In this document: piece after piece, positions 10,586 through 20,138 of the stretch
Numbering within the stretch: the first letter of the stretch is position 1
How the letters are laid out: each line of letters opens with the position of its first letter
Source of the DNA: a bacterium
Lineage (GTDB): Bacteria; Zhuqueibacterota; Zhuqueibacteria; Residuimicrobiales; Krinioviventaceae
NCBI GenBank assembly: GCA_963693055.1
Contig: OY843751.1
Span: forward strand, 1,984,001-2,048,000
Length of the DNA: 64,000 nt
Direction: 5' to 3'
Notes under the pieces: model-generated
Told to the model about the DNA's origin: nothing
The model's input: only the letters and a program-made list of their open reading frames with translations
Database searches by the model: none
Program-made: the position numbers and the translations under genes

Positions 10586-12868
10586 TTAATAGTTCACTAC
10601 CAGACCCAATCGCCACTCTCGTCCGGTCATTGGCATGTCCCGAATGGTTTCATAACAGCTATTGGATATATTATAAATTGAAAATTTGAGAATCAGTGTT
10701 GTTTTTAAAATATCTTGTGTAATTGAGCCATTGAGGTCCCATACCTCATAAGGATCCAACCAACGGGTATTGGCATCATTCACAAATCGCTTACCCACTT
10801 GACGAAAATTGAGCCCCAGATCTATATTGTAAAAATGTCCGGTAATTGTGCCTTTAAATGTTTTTTGAGGCCGATAGGGAATGATCTTGTTGCGGGTGGT
10901 TTGGTTATCACTTTTATTGAGAGGGTCCAGCTCTGAATAGCTGACATTCAAATGAAACCAATCATTGGGCGTATTCATTGAGACCAGATATTCTGTGCCA
11001 GAGATTTCCGCGTGCGTGTTGTACGGACTGAATACTTCAAAGCTTCCCAGACGCCATACAATCAGATTGTCGATTTGGTTTTTAAATGTACTGAATTCCA
11101 TTCTTAATGTGAAAGGATTGAAAAATTCCAAACCTGCACCTGTTTCGGTTTGAATGCTTTTTTCAGGGAGCAGGTCAGGATTTCCGTCAATGCGAACGTC
11201 CTGGTAAAACAGGTCCGCAAAAGTGGGCACCCGAAACGTGTGTGCATAACCGGATTTGATGTAAATGCGTTTTTCATTTCCCGCAGAAATGCGGCTATTT
11301 ATTGCTGGTCCCCAATGTTCATCAATTCGTTCATCATCATAACCCGAACTTTTACTGTGTCGGGTATCATAACGTAGGGAAGGAGAGATGCTCCATTTTA
11401 TCTGCTTACGGATTGGAATATTGATTTGTGGATTTATATAAAATCCATGAGCGGTTTCATTCGCCTGTTGTTTTGTGGGATTCAATACCGTCATCAGGTT
11501 TTCATTGTCGTATTGCTGTTTTCTAAAAGTATGCCCTGTTGTAAAATCGAGCCAGGAGTAGGGATTTGTGTTGAATTCGCTGTTGACAATAGTTTGATCA
11601 AGGGTGTATTGATAATGATATTGCGGATAGCGTTTGTATTTCAACTCTACATCATCCGGATATAGATTGTGGTTCTCGGTAACGGTTTCCATATATCTCG
11701 GTTGTATTTTGAGATTAAAGTGCTGGTGGTTTAATTGATAATCCAGTCCCCAGCCGGTTTGATTGTATTGAATTCTTGCATAGGGAGTCCAGCCGTCAAT
11801 TTTACCGGGTATGCCCCGATCAGAATCCATATTTTGGAATTGTAGTGCCAGATTGTGGTTTTTTATCTGATAGCCGGTACGCAGAAACAGATTCTGAGTT
11901 TGAATGTCTGCATTCATCCGGTCTTCATGGATGGTTTGATTATCCGAATTTTTATATTCATAAGGATAATTTCCATCGCTGACATTGTATTGATATGTGG
12001 CGATATAGTTCCAGTTTTTGATTCGACCTGAAACCGAAGGCGAGATGCTGTTGTATCCCCAGGCACCGGTGCGGTATTCCAGGTGCAGGTTATTTTTAAT
12101 GTTTTTACGGGTGATAATGTTTACAGCACCGGCGAGCGCACCAGTACCAAATCGGCTGGCGCTTGTACCCTTGTGGATCTCTATTTTTTCAATCATGTTG
12201 ACCGGGACCACAGATAAATCGGCATCCCCACTGGATTGATTGTTCAGGGGGACCCCATCCAGCAATACCAATACCTGGTTGCTCTGGCTGCCGCGTATGG
12301 ATATTTTTTTTGCTCCGCTGCCGCTTTCGTCTGTTATTTCAATTCCGGGTACCTGTGCAATTAACTCGGCGGCATTTTCAGCAGTTTTATTTGTCGTTTC
12401 ATCTATTCGGATCGACCAGACATCAATACCCGGTGAGTCGGTCCATTTTTCAGCATTAATATTTACATCCGGCATGGTTAGAATACGGGGCACTAGCCGG
12501 ATGTCTATTTGTATGGCTTGATCTTTTAATACATGTAAATCATAACGGGTTTGTTTTTCATAGGCGATATGTTCAAATGACAGAGAATAGGTACCTTCAA
12601 GCAGGTTCTTGATCTTAAAATGTCCCTGCCGGTTTGTAATGGTGCCGGTCCCGCTGTTTTGAATAGATATATTAACCCCTTGAACGGGCATGCCCGTTTT
12701 TATATCGGTTACTGTACCCTGTATCTTGATGTCTGATTGGGAATAGAGATGTGTAGAAAATAACAATATCGCAGCAATACTTGCGAGAATTGTTATTTTT
12801 GAGAAAAGTAATTTGAACAAGCAGAATACACCTTTGTGTATCCTGTTTGTGGGATTCACGGATTCCAA
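10586..12868 (-). CDS. btuB: TonB-dependent receptor, probable vitamin B12 transporter (BtuB-like)
   Basis: CarboxypepD_reg-like N-terminus; plug motifs ISIRGS..QVLVLLDGVPLN and IEKIEIHKG..GALAGAVNIIT; GNPDLLPEKS; cobalamin riboswitch upstream. Confidence 0.8.
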   Translation of the reverse strand: MESVNPTNRIHKGVFCLFKLLFSKITILASIAAILLFSTHLYSQSDIKIQGTVTDIKTGMPVQGVNISIQNSGTGTITNRQGHFKIKNLLEGTYSLSFEHIAYEKQTRYDLHVLKDQAIQIDIRLVPRILTMPDVNINAEKWTDSPGIDVWSIRIDETTNKTAENAAELIAQVPGIEITDESGSGAKKISIRGSQSNQVLVLLDGVPLNNQSSGDADLSVVPVNMIEKIEIHKGTSASRFGTGALAGAVNIITRKNIKNNLHLEYRTGAWGYNSISPSVSGRIKNWNYIATYQYNVSDGNYPYEYKNSDNQTIHEDRMNADIQTQNLFLRTGYQIKNHNLALQFQNMDSDRGIPGKIDGWTPYARIQYNQTGWGLDYQLNHQHFNLKIQPRYMETVTENHNLYPDDVELKYKRYPQYHYQYTLDQTIVNSEFNTNPYSWLDFTTGHTFRKQQYDNENLMTVLNPTKQQANETAHGFYINPQINIPIRKQIKWSISPSLRYDTRHSKSSGYDDERIDEHWGPAINSRISAGNEKRIYIKSGYAHTFRVPTFADLFYQDVRIDGNPDLLPEKSIQTETGAGLEFFNPFTLRMEFSTFKNQIDNLIVWRLGSFEVFSPYNTHAEISGTEYLVSMNTPNDWFHLNVSYSELDPLNKSDNQTTRNKIIPYRPQKTFKGTITGHFYNIDLGLNFRQVGKRFVNDANTRWLDPYEVWDLNGSITQDILKTTLILKFSIYNISNSCYETIRDMPMTGREWRLGLVVNY

Positions 12869-12939
12869 ACCTCACCCTCGAAGGTTGAAAATGAAAGCAG
12901 AAAGGCTGTACTGCAAAATGGATTAGATGATGGCCTTTC

Positions 12940-13115
12940 CGACGGCAGGTCTCCTGGCTTGGATTTTATGCCTACTCACCGCACCTTCCCACCTTATGCT
13001 TTCAGGCAGTGGCTGGGTCTAAAGACCGATTGCGGCTTTGGTTATCCTTACAGTAGCGGGGCTGCAACGGATTTGCACCGTTTTCCCTATTATCCCTTTC
13101 GGGCACCGTTATGTC
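12940..13115 (-). ncRNA. Cobalamin (AdoCbl) riboswitch
   Basis: Minus strand reads ggtgccc..aatagggaaaacggtgcaaatccgttgcagcccccgctactgtaa...gccactg...gggaagg...aagccaggagacctgcc, i.e. the B12 box and other hallmark elements, upstream of a TonB-dependent receptor. Confidence 0.95.
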
Positions 13116-13254
13116 TGTTTAATGTAATTATTTTTTTCGAGAATGCAAATGTTTTTAAATTGGGATAATCGCAGAAATTGTTTGATAAAGTTATTATTTT
13201 TATTATCTTGAATATTCTTATATTAATTCAACTAAAATAGTCTTTTGGGAAAAT

Positions 13255-13440
13255 ATGGAAAAAGAAAACCGGATTACACCCGAATCGATAATACCTCAGG
13301 TTGAGAACCGTTCATTTGAAACATTTGAATCCTTTTATGATAGTATCCCTTATGAGGGTTCTTTGGGTATTCTTGCTTTAGGTGCAATGGGGGTGATGGC
13401 CTGGCGAAAAAAACGCGCGGATATAGATAAAAAAGATTGA
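13255..13440 (+). CDS. 61-aa peptide consisting of an acidic leader and a PEP-CTERM-like transmembrane tail
   Basis: IPYEGSLGILALGAMGVMAWRKKR; its stop overlaps the start of the next gene (TTGA at 13437-13440). Confidence 0.7.
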   Translation: MEKENRITPESIIPQVENRSFETFESFYDSIPYEGSLGILALGAMGVMAWRKKRADIDKKD

Positions 13441-15461
13441 GAGGCCAGTTGATGGGAAAACGACTAGCTAAAAAAGTATTGCTGATTGGATGGGACGCCG
13501 CGGATTGGAAGATTATCAATCCATTGTTAGATAACGGGCAAATGCCAGCCTTGGAAAGTCTTGTAAATAATGGCGTAATGGGCAATATTGCCACCCTGGA
13601 CCCACCCATGTCGCCTATGCTTTGGACATCCATTGCAACCGGCAAGCATGCGGACAAGCATGGCATATTGAATTTTACTGAACCCTCACCCCAATCTGCC
13701 GGTATACGACCGGTTTCAGTATCCTCACGTAAAGTTAAAGCTATTTGGAATATTCTAACTCAGGAAAACTATAAAACCCATGTGGTTGGCTGGTGGCCCA
13801 GTCATCCTGCGGAACCGATAAATGGGACCTGTATATCCAACTTTTATCAACGCGCGCATGCCCCCATTGACAAGCCCTGGCCCATGAGACCCGGTACCGT
13901 TTATCCTAAAAGTAGGGAAAAGCTGTTTGATCAACTGCGCGTACATCCGCAGGAGCTCACGGAGGCACATATTCTTCCATTTGTACCGGATGCCGCAAAA
14001 ATTGATCAGGAAAAAGACAAGCGCCTAGAGTCTCTTGCTAAAATTATTGCGGATTGTTCAAGCATCCATTCAGCGGCAACGTGGATGTTGGAGAACGAAG
14101 AATGGGATTTTATGGCAGTCTATTATGACGCCATTGACCATTTTTGTCATGGCTTTATGAATTTTCATCCCCCACGTATGCCGAATGTTCCTGAGGAGTT
14201 GTTTGAGCTTTACAAAGGTGTTGTTACGGGTGGATATCTTTTTCATGACATGATGTTATCGCGTCTGTTACAGCTTGCCGGAGATGATGTGACGGTAATA
14301 CTGGTTTCCGACCACGGCTTTCACTCGGACCATCTACGTCCATTGTCTATCCCCAAAGAGCCGGCGGGGCCGGCATGGCAACACCGTTCTTATGGTGTTG
14401 TATGTATGAAAGGACCGCATATTCAGAAGGATGAAAGAATTTACGGCGCCAATCTGCTTGACATTACCCCAACACTTTTGACACTGTATGGCCTACCTAT
14501 TGGGAAAGATATGGATGGCAAACCGCTGGTACAATCTTTTGACAAGCCTGTTGAACCCGAATACATTCCATCCTGGGAAGAGGTCAAAGGTGAATGCGGA
14601 ATGCTGCCTGAAAATGTACAGCAAGACCCCTATGCGGAACAGGAAGCCATGGAACAGCTTATTGCCCTGGGTTATGTTGAAAAGCCAGGAGATGATCAGC
14701 AAAAAGCCATTGAGCAGACATTGAACGAGTCCCAGTTTTATCTTGCAAGGGTATACATGAATAAAAATATGTATCATGACGCCTTGCCGATTCTGGAAAA
14801 ATTGTATGAAAATCATTCAGATCAAACACGCTTTGCTTTTCATTTGGCTAAATGTTACCAGGTGCTTGGCCGGAATATCAGTGCGCGTAAGGTAGTGGAA
14901 AAAGTAATTGCCGATAATGATAAATACAGTCCGCAGTTTGATTTGTTATTGGGCTCTTTAGCCTTGGCTGATAAAGATTACCAATCTGCGCTTGAATTTT
15001 TGTTAAAAGCAGAAAAAACTCAGCCTCGCCTGCCTGTGCTGCATCAGCAGATCGGGCAGACCTATCTGAAAATGGGCAAGATTGAAGATGCTGAGCGCGC
15101 ATACACGAAAGCGCTGGAGATTGATCCTGACAGTCATATTGCCAATGATGGTATGGCCATGGTCTATCTGCGTCAACGTCGTAACGAAGACGCTGCGTCA
15201 TTTGCATTGAATGCCATTGGTTTAATCTATCATTATCCTATTGCACATTATCACCTGGGGCTGGCATTGACGCGTCTGGAAATGTATGAACGCGCGGCAG
15301 AAGCATTTGAGGTCAGTGCTGTGATTGTACCAGGGTTTAAAAGTGCCCATAGAATGCTGAAATACCTGTATCAGCGTAAACTGAATATGAGCGACAAGGC
15401 GGCAAAACACCAGGTAATTCTTGATGAGATCAATGCAAAACAGGCGGAGAAATTTTTATGA
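13437..15461 (+). CDS. Alkaline-phosphatase-superfamily (type I phosphodiesterase/NPP-like) enzyme with C-terminal TPR repeats
   Basis: VLLIGWDAADW, PPMSPMLWTSIATGK, SDHGF, LLDITPTLL, EQLIALGY, followed by TPR-like helices (AYTKALEIDP). Confidence 0.85.
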   Translation: MRGQLMGKRLAKKVLLIGWDAADWKIINPLLDNGQMPALESLVNNGVMGNIATLDPPMSPMLWTSIATGKHADKHGILNFTEPSPQSAGIRPVSVSSRKVKAIWNILTQENYKTHVVGWWPSHPAEPINGTCISNFYQRAHAPIDKPWPMRPGTVYPKSREKLFDQLRVHPQELTEAHILPFVPDAAKIDQEKDKRLESLAKIIADCSSIHSAATWMLENEEWDFMAVYYDAIDHFCHGFMNFHPPRMPNVPEELFELYKGVVTGGYLFHDMMLSRLLQLAGDDVTVILVSDHGFHSDHLRPLSIPKEPAGPAWQHRSYGVVCMKGPHIQKDERIYGANLLDITPTLLTLYGLPIGKDMDGKPLVQSFDKPVEPEYIPSWEEVKGECGMLPENVQQDPYAEQEAMEQLIALGYVEKPGDDQQKAIEQTLNESQFYLARVYMNKNMYHDALPILEKLYENHSDQTRFAFHLAKCYQVLGRNISARKVVEKVIADNDKYSPQFDLLLGSLALADKDYQSALEFLLKAEKTQPRLPVLHQQIGQTYLKMGKIEDAERAYTKALEIDPDSHIANDGMAMVYLRQRRNEDAASFALNAIGLIYHYPIAHYHLGLALTRLEMYERAAEAFEVSAVIVPGFKSAHRMLKYLYQRKLNMSDKAAKHQVILDEINAKQAEKFL

Positions 15462-16018
15462 TAACGATTGTTTCAGGTTTGCCGCGCTCAGGTACTTCGT
15501 TGATGATGCAAATGCTTGAAAAAGGGGGGATGGACGTTTTAACCGATGGAAAGCGCAAGGCAGATGAGAATAATCAGCGGGGATACTATGAATATGAAAA
15601 AGTAAAAAGTCTTCGTACAAACAATGAATGGCTAAAGAATACTGATGGGAAGGCGATTAAGATTATTGCCCAGTTGCTTCCGTATGTACCCCCAAAAGTG
15701 GAATTCAAAGTTATTTATATGGTGCGACCCATTGAAGAGGTGATTCAGTCCCAACGGAAAATGATCAAAAATCTTGGTAATCAAGGCGCAAGCCTGAGTG
15801 ATGAAGATTTGACCAAGGTTTTTTCAGTACAAACCAACCGTGTGCAAACCTGGTTAGCTATGAACAAGGTTGATTGTTTGTTTATGTTTTTCCCGGAAAT
15901 TCTACATAATCCACTTGAAAAGGCCAATGAGGTTAGTACTTTTCTGGGTACTGAATTGAATACGGATTTGATGGCCACAGTTGTGGATAAAAGCTTGTGG
16001 CATGAAAAAATAGTATAA
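15458..16018 (+). CDS. Sulfotransferase family protein
   Basis: PAPS-binding loop IVSGLPRSGTSLMMQML; N.RGYYE; MVRPIEEVIQSQ; ATGA overlap with the previous gene. Confidence 0.85.
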   Translation: MITIVSGLPRSGTSLMMQMLEKGGMDVLTDGKRKADENNQRGYYEYEKVKSLRTNNEWLKNTDGKAIKIIAQLLPYVPPKVEFKVIYMVRPIEEVIQSQRKMIKNLGNQGASLSDEDLTKVFSVQTNRVQTWLAMNKVDCLFMFFPEILHNPLEKANEVSTFLGTELNTDLMATVVDKSLWHEKIV

Positions 16019-16158
16019 ATGTATCATGTGCCCATATTTTCTTAATCGATTAATAAGAAAATACTAAAAATTCACGTGCAAGACTTGATTTATTTAATTA
16101 AAATCAATATCATTTTATTTCCAATTTGAATAATTTTTTCGATATCGGAGGCAGATAT

Positions 16159-17301
16159 ATGAAAACGCAGTTAGACAAGCGTATTGCAGGGTATTCTGCA
16201 TTGGCAGCAGCCATGTTAACCGGGGCTCAGGGAAAAGCTGAAATAATAAAATATTCTTCAGGAGCTGTCATTAACTCTAATGGTCAAAGTGTAAATTTGG
16301 ATTTTGACAAAATTGATGGTGACGATTTGAATTTATTCCTTTTTTCCAGTACTTTTGCAAAATCTTTTCAAGTAAAAAATTTAGATAATGATTCCGGTGG
16401 TGCTTTTTTAGCTGCAACATTCGGAATCTATGTAAATGCATTTGCTTTGAATCAGAGTAGCAGTATTGGTACAGATAATGCAAATTGGATTGCAGGAAGA
16501 AACGGGATAGGTTTTTTGTGCTACAGCTCTACGGGGTACTGGAACAATCAAAGCAATAAATATTTGGGTGTCAGGTTTGATATAAGCGGGCAAACACATT
16601 ATGGTTGGGTGAAAATGTCTTGTGACGGTACGTCTTTGACTATTCATGAATATGCTTATGAAAATACCCCCAATACAGGTTTTGATGGGCCTCTACCGGT
16701 TGAATTGTCCCTTTTTACAGCAAAATCTGTCAATGGTGCAATAAACCTGAGCTGGACCACCCAAAACGAGATCGATAACCTGGGCTTTATACTTGAACGC
16801 CGATTAAATGATGATACTGAATGGGAAACCATTGCCAGTTACAAAACCCACTCGGAACTAGCCGGGCAGGGTAACAAGAATACACCTACGGATTACCATT
16901 ATGCTGATAGCAATGTCTTTATCGGCAACACTTATGTTTATCGTTTGTCGGATTTGGATGTCAAGGGTGAAATTCATTCCAAACGAGAGATACAGGTAGA
17001 GGCAACCGATGCGGTTGTTCCAGAATCAACCGAGCTGCTTTCCGCGTATCCCAATCCTTTTAATCCCGGTACCAAGGTACAGTATCAACTCGAGTCAGAT
17101 GCGGAGGTAATGCTGAGCGTTGTTGATATAACCGGCCGTACAATCCGCACAATCGTTAATGATAAACAACAGGCGGGTCGTTATGAGTTTGCCTGGGATG
17201 GTAATGACCAGTCCGGCAATTCATCCCCCAGCGGAGTTTACCTACTTTTTCTAAAAGCCGGCAATCTCACCAAAACTCAAAAAGTGACACGTCTGCGATA
17301 A
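16159..17301 (+). CDS. Exported protein with THYGW domain, LPVEL motif and FlgD-Ig/T9SS-type C-terminal domain (paralog 1)
   Basis: GGAGG SD before ATG 16159; MKTQLDKRIAGYSALAAA signal; RFDISGQTHYGWV; PLPVELS; AYPNPFNP. Confidence 0.85.
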   Translation: MKTQLDKRIAGYSALAAAMLTGAQGKAEIIKYSSGAVINSNGQSVNLDFDKIDGDDLNLFLFSSTFAKSFQVKNLDNDSGGAFLAATFGIYVNAFALNQSSSIGTDNANWIAGRNGIGFLCYSSTGYWNNQSNKYLGVRFDISGQTHYGWVKMSCDGTSLTIHEYAYENTPNTGFDGPLPVELSLFTAKSVNGAINLSWTTQNEIDNLGFILERRLNDDTEWETIASYKTHSELAGQGNKNTPTDYHYADSNVFIGNTYVYRLSDLDVKGEIHSKREIQVEATDAVVPESTELLSAYPNPFNPGTKVQYQLESDAEVMLSVVDITGRTIRTIVNDKQQAGRYEFAWDGNDQSGNSSPSGVYLLFLKAGNLTKTQKVTRLR

Positions 17302-17323
17302 TACATTCTGCAAATATATGACA

Positions 17324-17348
17324 TGACCGGGACTAAAAGTCCTGGTCA
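17324..17348 (+). terminator. Hairpin after paralog 1
   Basis: tgaccgggact/agtcctggtca; weak U-tract. Confidence 0.45.
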
Positions 17349-17469
17349 GGGTCTATTTCTTTTGCCTTTAATGTTGTGAATTTTATTCAATAAATCCCTT
17401 GCATTATAATGGAATAATTAATATAATATTAAATTCATATGTATTTCCAAATTTCAAGGAGGGAGTTGG

Positions 17470-18642
17470 ATGAAACCGCAATTGGATAAACGAATTGCAG
17501 GGTATTCTGCATTGGCAGCAGCAATGTTAACCGGGGCACAGGGTAAGGCTGAAATATTGAAATACACATCTGGGGCAGTTCTTAATACCAACGGTCAGAT
17601 TCAAGGTTTAGACTTTGACCAGGTTGGAGGTGATGGTAACGATCTACGATTTTTATGCTATTCTGATGCTTTTACCAAAAAATTCGAAGTACAAAATCTG
17701 GATTTCCCTGATAGCGGCGCCTTTTTAGGATTGCTTTCCGGTCCTTATGTTCTTCCTTTTGCTTTGAATTATTCAAGCAGTATACGTACCAACAGTGTTG
17801 CATGGAACGCCGGTGCTATAGGAGTTGGAATGCTAAATTATAGATGTTTTTCAACTGCAATTACTTATAGTTATGGCTTCTGGGGAAATAAATCCAATAA
17901 ATATATGGGTGTAAGGTTTGATATTAGCGGACAAACACATTACGGTTGGGTGAAAATGTCGTGTAATGGAACGTCGCTCACTATACACGAGTATGCTTAT
18001 GAATCAGTTGCCAATACCGGAATTGATGCTCCACTTCCCGTCAAGCTATCTTTATTTACGGCAGAGTCTGTTAAAAATGCAATTCAGGTAAAATGGACAA
18101 CCCAAAGTGAAGAAGATAATTTGGGCTTTGTTTTGGAGCGCCGGTTGGATTCAGAAACCGAATGGACAACTATAGCTAGTTATCAGACTCATGATGAATT
18201 AAACGGTCAGGAAAATAGTACAAATCAAACAGATTATCAATTCAACGATTCTGATGTATATGCAGGCCATACGTATCATTATCGTTTGTCAGATGTGGAT
18301 GTAAATGGGAATTCCAATTTTCGTAATGAAATTCAGGTCGATGCTACAAACCTGGTTGCACCCAGCGAAACTGAACTGGTGTCTGCATATCCCAATCCTT
18401 TTAATCCGGGAACTACAATACAATACAAGCTGGAATTAGATGATTTTGTAACACTGAGCGTGGTTGATATAACCGGTCGAACGGTTCGTACGTTAGTCAA
18501 AGAAAACCAGCAAGCAGGTCAATATTCATTTGCATGGGATGGAAACGATAATAATGGCAATTCATCTCCCAGTGGTATTTACATGCTGGTATTGCGCAGT
18601 GGGCAGGTTACACGCACTCTAAAAATTACTAGATTACGATAA
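17470..18642 (+). CDS. Exported protein with THYGW domain and FlgD-Ig/T9SS-type C-terminal domain (paralog 2)
   Basis: AAGGAGG SD; signal nearly identical to paralog 1; RFDISGQTHYGWV; PLPVKLS; AYPNPFNP. Confidence 0.85.
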   Translation: MKPQLDKRIAGYSALAAAMLTGAQGKAEILKYTSGAVLNTNGQIQGLDFDQVGGDGNDLRFLCYSDAFTKKFEVQNLDFPDSGAFLGLLSGPYVLPFALNYSSSIRTNSVAWNAGAIGVGMLNYRCFSTAITYSYGFWGNKSNKYMGVRFDISGQTHYGWVKMSCNGTSLTIHEYAYESVANTGIDAPLPVKLSLFTAESVKNAIQVKWTTQSEEDNLGFVLERRLDSETEWTTIASYQTHDELNGQENSTNQTDYQFNDSDVYAGHTYHYRLSDVDVNGNSNFRNEIQVDATNLVAPSETELVSAYPNPFNPGTTIQYKLELDDFVTLSVVDITGRTVRTLVKENQQAGQYSFAWDGNDNNGNSSPSGIYMLVLRSGQVTRTLKITRLR

Positions 18643-18660
18643 ATTTTTTATAAATATTTT

Positions 18661-18699
18661 AGTCCGGCCTGGAATTTTCATTTCAGACCGGATTTTTTT
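18661..18699 (+). terminator. Rho-independent terminator
   Basis: agtccggcctggaat/atttcagaccggatt followed by a T-run. Confidence 0.7.
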
Positions 18700-18888
18700 A
18701 TAATTACCTACCGTTATAAATTTCCTAAACTTTTAGTCGCACTATCCTCGTTTTTTATCTTTTATTGTACTTGATGTTTTTTTTTGGTGTAGTTTCTGCT
18801 ACTCTATAAGTGGCTGTTTATTATTTAGTAATGTTGTAATTATTCAGCGTAAACAAGCTTGTATATTGACCCCGTTAATGGAGGTAAA

Positions 18889-20100
18889 ATGAAAAAAATC
18901 TGGATAGCTCTATTTTTTACACTGTGTTTCTCTTCAATTGTTATTGCACAATCGTCAGAATTTGGTATTAAATTTACCGGTTTTGTTAAAACCGATGTCA
19001 TGTTTGATTCCCGCCAGACGGTTACTGCACGAGAGGGACATTTTCTACTTTATCCTGCCGGTGAAGATCTGGATGTGAATGGAGAAGATGCAAATGCGCA
19101 ACCCAATCTCAATATGCTAGCAATACAAACCCGGCTCAAGGGAGCTATCACAGGTCCGGACGCATTTGGGGCCAAAACATCCGGTTTAATTGAGGCTGCA
19201 TTTTTTGGTCATTCCAATGCGGATGTTAATGGTTTTCGTTTGCGGCATGCTTTTTTAACCCTGGCTTGGGAAAAAAACACACTTTTGGTTGGACAATTTT
19301 GGCATCCCATGTTTGTGACGGGTTGTTTTCCTGGTACAGTTTCTTTTAATACCGGTGTACCTTTTCAACCCTTTTCCCGTAATCCTCAGGTTCGTCTAAC
19401 TCATACAACTGGTGCTATATCACTTTTGGCTGCAGCAGTGTCTCAAAGAGATTTTACCAGTTCGGGTCCCGATGGTGCAGGGTCTCAATATTTAAGAAAT
19501 GCAGCTGTTCCAAATCTACATGGGCAACTTTTAATCAGTGCTGATAAAGTGCTTTTGGGTGCAGGTGTGGACTGGAAAATGTTAAAGCCGAGATTGAAAA
19601 CACCACTGAATTATGTGTCTGACGAAACAGTTTCTGGTGTGTCTGTAATGGGTTTTGCAAAATTCAAATTACCCAAAGCAGAATGGAAGATTTATGGTGT
19701 TTACGGACAAAATCTAACTGATATGGTTATGCTTAGTGGTTATGCTGTTAACAGCATAGATGCTGCAACCGCGCAGGAAAGCTATATACCTACGGATGTT
19801 ATGTCTGTTTGGACTGATTTTTCAACCGGTACTACAATCGCTTATGGCTGTTTTGCCGCCTATACTCAAAATCAGGGTGCTGGTGAAAATATTGGCAGCT
19901 TTTGGGGGAGAGGTTCGAATATTGATAATATATATCGCATTTCTCCACGAATTATGTGGAACTCTGGTAAAACCCGTTTTGCTGCCGAAGTTGAATATAC
20001 CGCAGCCGCATATGGCACGGCTGACAAGCAGGGTAAAGTTCAGGATGCTGAATATGTAAATAATTTGAGATTGTTATTAGCCGCTTATTATTTCTTTTAA
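18889..20100 (+). CDS. Outer-membrane beta-barrel porin (DcaP-like)
   Basis: GGAGGT SD before ATG 18889; signal peptide; GFVKTD, FRLRHAF, LLVGQFW, RNPQVR; terminal YYFF beta-signal. Confidence 0.75.
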   Translation: MKKIWIALFFTLCFSSIVIAQSSEFGIKFTGFVKTDVMFDSRQTVTAREGHFLLYPAGEDLDVNGEDANAQPNLNMLAIQTRLKGAITGPDAFGAKTSGLIEAAFFGHSNADVNGFRLRHAFLTLAWEKNTLLVGQFWHPMFVTGCFPGTVSFNTGVPFQPFSRNPQVRLTHTTGAISLLAAAVSQRDFTSSGPDGAGSQYLRNAAVPNLHGQLLISADKVLLGAGVDWKMLKPRLKTPLNYVSDETVSGVSVMGFAKFKLPKAEWKIYGVYGQNLTDMVMLSGYAVNSIDAATAQESYIPTDVMSVWTDFSTGTTIAYGCFAAYTQNQGAGENIGSFWGRGSNIDNIYRISPRIMWNSGKTRFAAEVEYTAAAYGTADKQGKVQDAEYVNNLRLLLAAYYFF

Positions 20101-20101
20101 T

Positions 20102-20138
20102 AAAAAAAGGTCCCCGGATTTTTTCGGGGACCTTTTTA
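20102..20138. terminator. Bidirectional terminator between convergent genes
   Basis: aaaaaaaggtccccgga-ttt-ttcggggaccttttt. Confidence 0.85.

Noticed and set aside
12836-13168. 110-aa plus-strand ORF
   Set aside because: It is antisense to the cobalamin riboswitch and has no protein-like features.
18889-20100. DcaP-like porin as part of the cytochrome conduit
   Set aside because: It is convergently transcribed and separated by a bidirectional terminator; there is no evidence of linkage.
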